Assembly (NCBI GenBank): GCA_029856045.1
Contig: JAHQWG010000024.1
Coordinates: 1 to 34,284, forward strand
DNA length: 34,284 nucleotides
Direction: 5' to 3'
DNA from: Promethearchaeia archaeon
Lineage (GTDB): Archaea; Asgardarchaeota; Lokiarchaeia; Sigyniarchaeales; SOKP01
Positions 9,807-18,805 of the stretch are shown piece after piece. A model generated the notes under the pieces. The model was given only the letters and a program-made list of their open reading frames with translations, was not told the DNA's origin and searched no databases. A program made the position numbers and the translations under genes. The stretch's first letter is position 1, and every line of letters begins with the position of its first letter.

Positions 9807-11735
9807 TTGATTTATATGAAACTATTAGAACCTTTACTAATAAATAAATTAGAGATTCGAAATCGCATTATAATGCCTGCAATGGAAACAAATTTAGGCA
9901 ATAAGAAAGGAGAAATTACAGAAAAGCTTATGAAATGGTATGAATTAAGAGCGAAGGGTGGAGTTGGATTAATTATTGTAGAACCAGCTTATTTTGAGAA
10001 AAGGGGTAGTAGTACTAAATATATGCTTAGCATTTCAAGCGACAATAAGATTGAAGGTTTTACTAAATTGACAAAATTAATAAAAAAGTATGGAGCAACC
10101 GTTTTATTACAAATATATCATGCTGGAGCTCAATCTCCCTCCATGATAACAAAATGCTCGCCTGTTTCACCTTCTGGTGTTCCTTGCAAATTAACGACAG
10201 ATCAACCATTAGTGTTAAGTAAGCGAGAGATACATGAAATTATAAAGGGATTCACAGATGCTTCAGATAGAGCAAAAAAGGCATCTTTTGATGGGGTTGA
10301 AATTCATGCTGGGCATGGATACCTATTAAACCAATTCCTTTCAGAGAAAGATAACAAACGAACGGACGAATATGGTGGTAGTTTAGAAAATCGAGCAAGA
10401 GCATTAATCGAAACATTAACTGCAGTTAAAGGGAGATGTGGTAAAGATTTCATAGTGTCTTATCGTTTAAATGGTAACGATTACATAGAGAGGGGCTTGG
10501 AAGTTGAGGAAACAGCTAAAGTTGCCAAAATGTTAGAGGATACTGGAGTTGATCTTGTCCATATTTCAGCTGGTATTTTTGATTCAAAAGGATATCCAAC
10601 TGTGCCTTATATGAATTATCCAAAAGGTGTTTTTTCAGAATACGCTGCAAGAGTCAAAAAAGAATTAACAAGAACGCCTGTTGCTGCAGTTGGAAGAATA
10701 AACACTCCAGAAATTGCGGAAGAGATTTTAAAAGAAGGAAAAGCAGATTTAGTGGCAATTGGCAGGGGATTAATAGCAGATCCTTATTTTGTAGTGAAAT
10801 TAAAAGAAGGTAAAAGAAATTTAATTAGGATCTGTATGGGTTGTAATGCCTGTTTAAACCGAATATTAAGTATGAAGTCTGTTGCTTGTGCAATAAATCC
10901 TAATGTAATTGCCTCTGATGAAGATTTTAAGAATGCAAAAGGAAAGAAAAAGGTACTAATAATCGGATCTGGCCCAGGGGGGCTTGAGGCAGCTAGAGTT
11001 TCAAAGTTAAGGGGTCATTATGTATTATTAATTGATAAAGGGGATAAAATTGGAGGCACAATGCATCTTGCAAAAGTGGCTCCTATGAAGGCTGAAGTTG
11101 AAAATGCCATTGTTTTTTATAAGAATATATTAAAAGAATTAGAAGTGGAAATTCGTTTAAATACAGAATTTTCACAAGAAATAATTAGCGAATTTAAACC
11201 AGATGTTGCAATTCTAGCAACTGGATCTGTTCCTTTTATACCACCGATAAAAGGATTAAATCAAACTTCTTATTATGTGTACGATGAAGTTCTTAAAGGT
11301 AAAATACCAGATGGGGAGAAAATAGCAATTGTGGGTGGAGGAATGGTTGGTTTAGAAGTTGCAGAATATTTATCACACTTGAATAAAGCTATAACCATTA
11401 TTGAAATGTTGCAAAGAATTGGTATGAACGTCTATGCGTTTGTAGGAAAGGAAGTAATTCCAATAATCGAAGAGGATAAAAATATCAAGATTTTTGTAAA
11501 TACAAAAGTTGAGGAGATCCAAGATTACAAACTTATCGGTGTAAATAAGAATGGGACTATTATTAAGATTAAGTTTGACGATTTAATAATTGCTATGGGT
11601 GCCCAGCCAAATTGTGAAATTGAACAAGAGGTAAAAAATCTTGTGCCTGAAGTATTTTTAATTGGAGATTATAAAAAAATAAGAAAAATTTTTGATGCTG
11701 TAGAAGAAGGTTACAAAATTGCTCTTAAAATATAA
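9807..11735 (+). CDS. NADH:flavin oxidoreductase, old yellow enzyme family with Fe-S and FAD/NAD domains (2,4-dienoyl-CoA reductase/BaiCD-like); ATG start probably a few codons in
   Basis: NRIIMPAM, EIHAGHGYLLNQFLS, NKRTDEYGGSLENR, GRGLIADP, Cys cluster CMGCNAC...CAINP, Rossmann motifs GSGPGG and GGGMVG. Confidence 0.93.
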   Translation: MIYMKLLEPLLINKLEIRNRIIMPAMETNLGNKKGEITEKLMKWYELRAKGGVGLIIVEPAYFEKRGSSTKYMLSISSDNKIEGFTKLTKLIKKYGATVLLQIYHAGAQSPSMITKCSPVSPSGVPCKLTTDQPLVLSKREIHEIIKGFTDASDRAKKASFDGVEIHAGHGYLLNQFLSEKDNKRTDEYGGSLENRARALIETLTAVKGRCGKDFIVSYRLNGNDYIERGLEVEETAKVAKMLEDTGVDLVHISAGIFDSKGYPTVPYMNYPKGVFSEYAARVKKELTRTPVAAVGRINTPEIAEEILKEGKADLVAIGRGLIADPYFVVKLKEGKRNLIRICMGCNACLNRILSMKSVACAINPNVIASDEDFKNAKGKKKVLIIGSGPGGLEAARVSKLRGHYVLLIDKGDKIGGTMHLAKVAPMKAEVENAIVFYKNILKELEVEIRLNTEFSQEIISEFKPDVAILATGSVPFIPPIKGLNQTSYYVYDEVLKGKIPDGEKIAIVGGGMVGLEVAEYLSHLNKAITIIEMLQRIGMNVYAFVGKEVIPIIEEDKNIKIFVNTKVEEIQDYKLIGVNKNGTIIKIKFDDLIIAMGAQPNCEIEQEVKNLVPEVFLIGDYKKIRKIFDAVEEGYKIALKI

Positions 11736-11842
11736 AAAAAATGTTTCTTTTGATACTTATATATCCATTATCTCTAATCTTTGGTAAAAAAAAAATTAAT
11801 CAGAATTCGTTTATAGACACTTTTTATCTTGGCAGTATCATT

Positions 11843-12130
11843 TTAATTCGCATTTGACTTTTGCAAAATTTTACGGTGCTTTATTATATCAAATTTGGTT
11901 ACTGCTAAATTCCCAAAATTATATAAAAATGGATATTTTTGTGCAAATATTTTGATTAATTCAAAACCTTTTGACGTAATCGAATATAACGATTCAGTGA
12001 ATTCATCTAAATTAAATATCGAGATCAATTCGTTTTTCTTAAGAGACTTGCATCGATGATAAAATTTTAATCGATCCCCCTCGATTTTTAGCCGAAATTC
12101 TCTAAAAGAAATAGATTTTAATGAAACCAT
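11843..12130 (-). CDS. Hypothetical protein
   Basis: 95-aa ATG-initiated ORF filling the gap between genes; no motif recognised. Confidence 0.4.
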   Translation of the reverse strand: MVSLKSISFREFRLKIEGDRLKFYHRCKSLKKNELISIFNLDEFTESLYSITSKGFELIKIFAQKYPFLYNFGNLAVTKFDIIKHRKILQKSNAN

Positions 12131-12177
12131 TTAATTAGGGAAAAAAAAACCCTTATCTTCAAATATATGAAATAAAA

Positions 12178-13722
12178 TTAATCTAAAATATCCGTATAAC
12201 AATCCTCTGGATAGAAGTTATTTTCGTCCTTATCATGATTAGGATACCATATCTGAGCAAAGAATGGATTTTTTTTAGCTATTTTATCATAATTCCAAGG
12301 TGGAGGCAAACATTTTGGGCACCAATGACCAGCTTTAATTATAGTATATGGTTTTGCTTCAAATTCATGATCGAAAGCACATTTCCACTTGAGTGTGGTA
12401 TAAATATCACCGTCCCATTCTGTTGCGAGACATTTTCCTCCTCTAAATTCGGCAGCTCCTTGTAAATCTCCCAATTCAATTTGTTTTTTAGATTCATCAT
12501 AACCGTGGTCAAGTCGGAGCCATTCAAGTTCAGGTTTCATTTGAGGCATATCAACCCCCCAATCGGGGATTGACTCGTAGGTTTCATAATCTTTATAAAA
12601 AGCGGAGATTCTCATATCATTATTGTTTTCATACCAATGGAGCGTTCCATTCTTGGTAGATGCTAACTCTTTCATTCTTTTATATGTTGCTTCTTGAACC
12701 TTCTTTTGTATTTTTGGAAACTTTATGCATAATTTAGCAATTAATTTCAAATACCACGAACTACTTTTAACTAACATTTCATAATAGTCTTCCATTGAAT
12801 CTCTCCAATTATGTATGTATTCATTAAGAATATGACTGTCTTCAAAATATTGCATGTGAAAATTTCTTAATGCAAACCAATTACGCTCTGTGACTGCTTC
12901 AATACTTCCTAATCCATTTATTTCCATTGACTTATTCAGTAAATCATAATATGTACATCTACAAGCAGGCCCTCCAGCCATGTTATATACTCTACGCCAA
13001 AAATCGGAATTATCAGGAATATCCAAACAATTGATAATTCCTTGTCCTGCATCTCTCGCTGTGTTGTTTTCCATAAATGAATCGATTGGTTGATGAAACA
13101 TAATTGGATCTAGCATATTATCTGTAGTCATAATAAAAGTTTGCCGCAATGAAGCCCAATGTTTTATATTTGATTCTAAAACCGCACTTTCTCCATTAAT
13201 CTTAGTTACAGCATAGAAATCAAATATAGAAGGTTTAAGAGGATCTCCTATTCTACCCATGTGAATACTTTGAAGGCGATCACCAGTTTCAGCTACGGTT
13301 CCTATATAAATAAGTTTTATATGCTCTACGCCATTTGGCTGCGACTCAATTGCTTTGACAATATAATGGATTGCCGTGGTATTAACTGCTTTTGCCATGC
13401 TGGGGTTATGATCAGCTGCAGGTGAAATGAACGCCATTGTACAAAGACACCAATCGATTCCATTACATGCTTCTAAGACATCATCATAATTGGTTGCGTC
13501 TCCCCAGACTATTTTCAATCCTTTGCCCTCTACTATTCCATTACCAGTTATCGATTTAATTCCACACTTTCTCTCATATTTCTTAAACAATTTTTTGTTT
13601 TTCTTAGATGGGCGTTGTAAAAGAACAATATCATATTTATCTCTTTTTACCCATAAATTTTTAAAAGCCTCGAATCCCATGGAACCACTTGCTCCAGCCA
13701 AAAATATTTTCTCTCTTTTCAT
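12178..13722 (-). CDS. NAD-dependent epimerase/dehydratase (extended SDR) with C-terminal Cys/His zinc-ribbon domain
   Basis: GASGSMG Rossmann motif, catalytic YAVTK (YxxxK), C-terminal WKCAFDHEF...GHWCPKC. Confidence 0.85.
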   Translation of the reverse strand: MKREKIFLAGASGSMGFEAFKNLWVKRDKYDIVLLQRPSKKNKKLFKKYERKCGIKSITGNGIVEGKGLKIVWGDATNYDDVLEACNGIDWCLCTMAFISPAADHNPSMAKAVNTTAIHYIVKAIESQPNGVEHIKLIYIGTVAETGDRLQSIHMGRIGDPLKPSIFDFYAVTKINGESAVLESNIKHWASLRQTFIMTTDNMLDPIMFHQPIDSFMENNTARDAGQGIINCLDIPDNSDFWRRVYNMAGGPACRCTYYDLLNKSMEINGLGSIEAVTERNWFALRNFHMQYFEDSHILNEYIHNWRDSMEDYYEMLVKSSSWYLKLIAKLCIKFPKIQKKVQEATYKRMKELASTKNGTLHWYENNNDMRISAFYKDYETYESIPDWGVDMPQMKPELEWLRLDHGYDESKKQIELGDLQGAAEFRGGKCLATEWDGDIYTTLKWKCAFDHEFEAKPYTIIKAGHWCPKCLPPPWNYDKIAKKNPFFAQIWYPNHDKDENNFYPEDCYTDILD

Positions 13723-13883
13723 TTTTGATTATACAAGTATTTTTTCTTTATTTTAATCTATTTCGAAGAATTATTATATTTGTTATTCCAATGAATTTGG
13801 GAAAAATATAATTGGGTTAATAGCAGCAAGGAAAATTTTTTAATAATTTCTTATTTTTATAGGTATATTTTTTTGTATATCAA

Positions 13884-14183
13884 TTAAGTTTTCCAATTTT
13901 CCTTCTCCAAATTTAGAAAATTTTGAAGTTCTTCTTGAGTCATTACCGTTAATTCGGTATCTAATTCCACACCAAACTTTTCAATAGAATTTTTTACACT
14001 GTTAATAAGAGAATCTTTGATTGGGATATTTGGGAAGGGTAATGCAAAAATGACTTTAACCTTACTTTCATTTATTTCGATCTTTTTAATCATCCCGAGA
14101 TCAATCAAAGAGCAATCAATAAACGGATGCTTTACTTGTGCTATTTCCTTATGAATTTGTTCTTCTGAGAAATTTTCAGGCAT
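13884..14183 (-). CDS. DUF59 (FeS_assembly_P; SufT/MIP18-like) domain protein
   Basis: VKHPFIDCSLIDLGMIKKIEI...VKVIFALP matches the V-x-DPE-x-x-x-(S/N)-I-V-D-L-G pattern. Confidence 0.75.
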   Translation of the reverse strand: MPENFSEEQIHKEIAQVKHPFIDCSLIDLGMIKKIEINESKVKVIFALPFPNIPIKDSLINSVKNSIEKFGVELDTELTVMTQEELQNFLNLEKENWKT

Positions 14184-14234
14184 TATTTGTTTTTTTTTAT
14201 TAATTTTGGAATAAAAATTTAATTAATTTTCATT

Positions 14235-15353
14235 TTATAATAGATTTTCAGGTATTTCATCATTATAATATTGCTCCCGTGTAACCCAATTTTCTGAAAA
14301 TTCCGGAATCATTCCCAATATTGATCCACCAATCCAAACCGAAAACATGCGTTCCTTAGGAGCAATTATTTTAACAATTTGTATTTTCTTTTTCTTTTTA
14401 GCTAAAGATAATTCTAATTCTTTATAGAGTCTAGATTTAAAATTAGGAAACATTGATGAACCCCCGGAAAGAAAAATATTGCCTAGTAATTTTGGTCTAA
14501 TATCTACATCACACTCTTCTATGCATTCTAAAATTGCTTCATGTAATGGAGTAATTTCTAAATTAAAAAGTGAAGGATTAAAGATTAATTCAGGGATTAA
14601 AAATCTAAGCTTATCTATTTCTAAAATTTCACCATCTGGTAAAGAAAAAGGTTTTTTATATTCTTCAAACCGTGTCGTATCTTCTTTAAAATCCAATGAA
14701 ACAAAACACGCTTTTTCTTTTATAACTCTTATAATTTGTTTCTTAACAGACGAATCTGCAGTAAATCCTGCTTGTTTTAATTGATGTTCCATAAATTCAG
14801 TAATCAAGTTACCCCCAAGATCTAATATCTTAATAGCATGGGATAACTGAAAACCTTCATAAACTGGAACAATTCTAGTGCTACTATCTCCAATTTCAAT
14901 AATTAAACCTGTTTGAAACCCACCCGAATAAAGTGTTAGAAGTGAATCCAAAACTGGATAAAAACTAGCACAATTAAATTTCTCTAAAAAAATATCAAAT
15001 AATTTTCTTTTATCTTGTTTTGGACTTAAAGGATGAACAGCATATAATACATTAGATACAATTGGATCAACACGTAGATTATAAAATATATACTCAAGAA
15101 TTTTTTCATAATAATTCCAATCATGAATTCTACCATTTTGTATCGGATGAAAAAGCTTATATAATCCCATTGCATCTTGGATTTCATTACCTATGCAAAT
15201 GTCACTAATTTTTTCTCCATATGTGATATCTACATTTTGATATTTTGGTACTCCAACTAAAGTAAAAAAAACACTATTTGGATGGTCTTCACCGGCAAAA
15301 CCAATTTTTGTTGAAAATTGTCCTATGTCCATGATTATTGTTACGTTTCCCAT
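14235..15353 (-). CDS. Actin-family protein (divergent Asgard actin-related protein)
   Basis: Colinear with eukaryotic actin: DIGQFSTKIGFAGEDHP, EIGDSSTRIVPVYEGF, IKEKACFVSLDF, LPDGE, RFLIPELIFNPS, CDVDIRPKLLGNIFLSGGSSMFP, IIAPKERMFSVWIGGSIL. Confidence 0.95.
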   Translation of the reverse strand: MGNVTIIMDIGQFSTKIGFAGEDHPNSVFFTLVGVPKYQNVDITYGEKISDICIGNEIQDAMGLYKLFHPIQNGRIHDWNYYEKILEYIFYNLRVDPIVSNVLYAVHPLSPKQDKRKLFDIFLEKFNCASFYPVLDSLLTLYSGGFQTGLIIEIGDSSTRIVPVYEGFQLSHAIKILDLGGNLITEFMEHQLKQAGFTADSSVKKQIIRVIKEKACFVSLDFKEDTTRFEEYKKPFSLPDGEILEIDKLRFLIPELIFNPSLFNLEITPLHEAILECIEECDVDIRPKLLGNIFLSGGSSMFPNFKSRLYKELELSLAKKKKKIQIVKIIAPKERMFSVWIGGSILGMIPEFSENWVTREQYYNDEIPENLL

Positions 15354-15416
15354 TATTGAGACTTACTCTTTTAATTATTTAAACTAATTGAAGCATAAAT
15401 CAAATTTGTCCTTTTT

Positions 15417-16163
15417 TTAAACTAATAATATCCTTAATGGTACATATGTAGTTTCGGGAATATAAGCCTCTCCATATCTAGAATTTATTTCATTGCCTCT
15501 TAATATAGCGGTGTCCTCTGCCCAATCTAGAACGCGTGATAATACTTCTTTTTGTGAGGCATACACTTGATTAAATATTTCTTTTTTCTTTTCCCAATAT
15601 TCTTCAATATCTACGATAATAAAGACTGAACTTTCAATATATTGAAACTTGCAAGAAGGACTCTCATAATAATAAACACCATATGGTATCCAAGATCGTT
15701 CATGTCCTCCATAAGCTTTGCCAGTACAACAGTGATATATTGCCTCTCGAGAAATAAAGGATAAATTTCGGTGCACTCGATGAAAATCAGTGTGATGAGG
15801 TATTAGGATTAAATGTGGTTTATAATCTCGAACCATATTTGTAATACGAGATATTTTCGAACGACTTATTTCTAAAGAAGTATATTCTAACTCTATAAAT
15901 TTACATCTTAAAATTTCTGATAATTTTTTTAATTCATTTTTTCTTTGAGTTAAAATAGTATCTTCTTGTTCATTCTTAGCATAACCCCCTAAACCAGAAG
16001 TAGCAACAACAACACAAATTTCCGCGCCCATTTCCAAGTATTTTAGGAGTGTTCCACCGCAACTTACTATTTCATCATCCGGGTGTCCTGCAAAAACCAT
16101 AATTCTTTTGGGAACAACTATAGGAACATCTTCTTCACATATAATAAAACGCTTTTCTGGCAT
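15417..16163 (-). CDS. PIG-L/LmbE-family metal-dependent deacetylase
   Basis: GHPDDE metal motif, CGGTL, R-x-x-E, and HTDFHRVH as a variant of the HxDH motif. Confidence 0.88.
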   Translation of the reverse strand: MPEKRFIICEEDVPIVVPKRIMVFAGHPDDEIVSCGGTLLKYLEMGAEICVVVATSGLGGYAKNEQEDTILTQRKNELKKLSEILRCKFIELEYTSLEISRSKISRITNMVRDYKPHLILIPHHTDFHRVHRNLSFISREAIYHCCTGKAYGGHERSWIPYGVYYYESPSCKFQYIESSVFIIVDIEEYWEKKKEIFNQVYASQKEVLSRVLDWAEDTAILRGNEINSRYGEAYIPETTYVPLRILLV

Positions 16164-16332
16164 ATGATATAGCTTTTTTGCCGTAATATTAAAAATTTAT
16201 TAAAAAAAATCCTCTCAGATTAATAATTAAAAACTTAAATAGAACAAATTTTTTAAAATCCAACAACTACTTCAATTTAAGTTAAAGTATCTATGATTAG
16301 TCTGTATTAATATAAAATTAAATAATAGGTAT

Positions 16333-17025
16333 TTAATCTCCGCGCATAATTTTTTTTAAACGATTTAATTCATCTAACATTTCATCTCTTAAAGTACTTA
16401 AACTTCCTCCTGCTTGAGATGCAACCGTTGGACTAGGTGTAGTTGGAGGTGTTCCAAGAGATGGTGCTGCAGGGGGTCCAGAACGCTTTGCAAATGAGGG
16501 AGTCGAAACTACTGGACCAGCCTTAGAAGGTGGTCCTGCTTTTCCTGGAGCTGGTGGTAATTTTGGTGGGGGAGGTAAATTTTTTGAAGGTGGTCCAGCA
16601 TTTATAGGTGGTCCAGCATTCGTAGGTGGTCCAGCCTTCGTAGGTGGTCCTGATGGGGGTCCTTTTTTAACTGGAGGTCCTGGTCTTTTAGGCGGTCCTG
16701 ATATCGGTGCAGATGGTGTTGCTGCAGCTGATGGAACGGCAGTAGTTTTTCCGCCAGCTCCACCTAATAAAGCGAATAAAGTACTTGCGGCTTGAGTTTT
16801 TGCAGTACCACCAGCTTCTACTTCCGGAGTTAGCTTTACTGAAGAAGAACTAACTGTTTTTCCTTTTACGACTTTAACTCCTTTAATATCATTCTCTGCT
16901 TTTTTCAAGGATTTACCAAAGTCATTTATTGTATCAACTGTATCCTGTAAAACTTCAGATAAATCACCTAAACTTTTACGAAGATATTTAATAACCCGTG
17001 TAACTGTTTTTTCATCAGAAGGCAA
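16333..17025 (-). CDS. Proline-rich protein with helical N- and C-termini carrying LKK (WH2/beta-thymosin-like) motifs
   Basis: TTG start. N-terminal helix ending INDFGKSLKKAE, central GPP/PPPP low-complexity region, C-terminal LRDEMLDELNRLKKIM. Function is inferred only. Confidence 0.75.
   Translation of the reverse strand: MPSDEKTVTRVIKYLRKSLGDLSEVLQDTVDTINDFGKSLKKAENDIKGVKVVKGKTVSSSSVKLTPEVEAGGTAKTQAASTLFALLGGAGGKTTAVPSAAATPSAPISGPPKRPGPPVKKGPPSGPPTKAGPPTNAGPPINAGPPSKNLPPPPKLPPAPGKAGPPSKAGPVVSTPSFAKRSGPPAAPSLGTPPTTPSPTVASQAGGSLSTLRDEMLDELNRLKKIMRGD
16589..16650. repeat. Intragenic 18-bp tandem repeat (three full copies plus a partial) encoding (T/I)(K/N)AGPP
   Basis: ggtggtccagcatttata / ggtggtccagcattcgta / ggtggtccagccttcgta / ggtggtcc. 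Confidence 0.9.
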
Positions 17026-17295
17026 ATATAATCACTCAAATTATAAAATTATGATCATTTAATTTAATATTATATATGAAATGAAATTTTTTAAATTTAT
17101 ATGCTAATTATATTTTTTCGGCTTAAAAAATTAATTAAATGTATAAAATATCACAATATTATAAGAATCTCATTTTAAAAACTTATAAGGTTTTATTAAA
17201 ACTAATTCTCTGATTTTTAATTTTAATTTAATTAAATTATTTAAATTACGAAATAATGACACTTTAGGAAAATTAAAAAAAGAAAAATGATGGAA

Positions 17296-17571
17296 TTACG
17301 CCGACTGAAGCTGAAAGAGTATTGAAGCGTGAGGTATGAAAAATTTATCTTTAGATTTAATTACAACTGTGTGGAAATACTCGGCTAAACCTAAAAACCC
17401 TCTTATAACAGATTCATCTTCTTCAAAGGTAAATCTTACACTCGCTATCGCTGATTTTCCAGAAAAACTAACGTCTTCATAAACCCGCTCATCTATTAAT
17501 GGAATCTTGAGTTCGTTTACAATTTCATAAACACGTTTGATAAATAATTCTTTTTTAGGCAAGATTTTCAC
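17296..17571 (-). CDS. Small hypothetical protein, possible Sm/Hfq-like beta-barrel
   Basis: Isolated 91-aa ORF in very AT-rich surroundings; N-terminal helix followed by a beta-strand pattern. Confidence 0.65.
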   Translation of the reverse strand: MKILPKKELFIKRVYEIVNELKIPLIDERVYEDVSFSGKSAIASVRFTFEEDESVIRGFLGLAEYFHTVVIKSKDKFFIPHASILFQLQSA

Positions 17572-17803
17572 TGTAAATTTTAAATCTTAATTTTATAATT
17601 AATTTAAATTGATTATAATATAAATTATTTTATATTTATTATATTTATACGTTTTCCATTTTTAAGTTATGTCAATTTAAAAAAAAATATTGAAATTAAT
17701 TTGATTTAAATTTGGATTTCTCAAGAGCATAAAAAAGAAAAATTTTTTCAAACCTTTTAAATGTCAATTAATCAAGTGGATTTCAAAAAGAAATCAGGAA
17801 ATC

Positions 17804-18805
17804 TTATTCTTTTAAACCGTTTGCAACTTTTATTAAAAAATCACTTATAATCGTTGCTTGACCCATAAAACTATGAGAATTAAGATACTTTCTTTCTGGC
17901 TTCTCTAAAAACAGAACATTTTCATTTGGCAATTTTAAGGCTTCTTTTATTTTTAAGGCCTCTTCAAAATCAATTTGTATGTCTTTTTTACAATGTACAA
18001 GATATACTCTATCTTTATCGGGAATGGGGGTTTTTCTATCAAAAAAATATCTTGGAGACATTTCTCTATTAATTTCTTCTAGTGGTACTGTTAGATTTTT
18101 CGTAATTTTTCTTTTTATTATTTTAATAAAGATGCCAGTGACTGTGTATATTTTTCTTTTATATTTATTAAAAAGCTCTAATAAATCATAAGATGCTGCT
18201 AATCCTACAATTTTTTTAAGTCTTTTATCTTGATATCCTTGGGATAAAGCCGCAATTGCGCCCATTGAATGTCCCATCATAATTAATCGGTTCCCATCAA
18301 CCTCATCCAAATTCTCTAAAAAATTAATTGCATTTTTAACATCAGACATGATACCTACAAAATCATTCGAATTAAATTTCTTTTTTTTTGATTCACCGTG
18401 TCCTCTTGCGTCATAACATAAAACTGTAAACCCATTTAAGGCTAGTGGTATAATAAAATGAAAATATCTTTCTTTTTTTGATGCATACCCGTGATGAAAT
18501 AAAATTCCAATTTGTTTTTCTTTTGGATCACTTTTTTTATCTCTTATAACTAATCCTTTGAGATATTTACCTGGGATTTTGGATGGAATTTCAACTTTTT
18601 GAATATTTACTAAAGAAGTCGAGATCCATTTATGGTATGGCCAAAATAGATATTGGGAATATACAAATAGTAAAGATAGAGTATTGATAATTAGTACTGC
18701 TAAGGATATAAAACCAAAAATGATATTGATTAAAAATAAAAGGTAAGTAGCATAGATTGAGACCGTTAGAATAAGAGATAATAATATTATTCGAAATTCA
18801 ATCAT
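17804..18805 (-). CDS. Membrane-anchored alpha/beta hydrolase
   Basis: Two N-terminal TM segments, HHGY oxyanion region, YDARGHGES, nucleophile GHSMG, C-terminal SHSF His. Confidence 0.9.
   Translation of the reverse strand: MIEFRIILLSLILTVSIYATYLLFLINIIFGFISLAVLIINTLSLLFVYSQYLFWPYHKWISTSLVNIQKVEIPSKIPGKYLKGLVIRDKKSDPKEKQIGILFHHGYASKKERYFHFIIPLALNGFTVLCYDARGHGESKKKKFNSNDFVGIMSDVKNAINFLENLDEVDGNRLIMMGHSMGAIAALSQGYQDKRLKKIVGLAASYDLLELFNKYKRKIYTVTGIFIKIIKRKITKNLTVPLEEINREMSPRYFFDRKTPIPDKDRVYLVHCKKDIQIDFEEALKIKEALKLPNENVLFLEKPERKYLNSHSFMGQATIISDFLIKVANGLKE

Noticed and set aside
15417-16163. PIG-L as evidence of eukaryote-like GPI-anchor synthesis
   Set aside because: Soluble LmbE/BshB-type protein without a TM anchor; the family is widespread in prokaryotes and no other GPI genes are present
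17026-17803. Very AT-rich intergenic stretches as a replication origin or RNA gene
   Set aside because: No ORB-like G-string repeats, no cdc6/orc1 gene and no GC-rich structured segment visible
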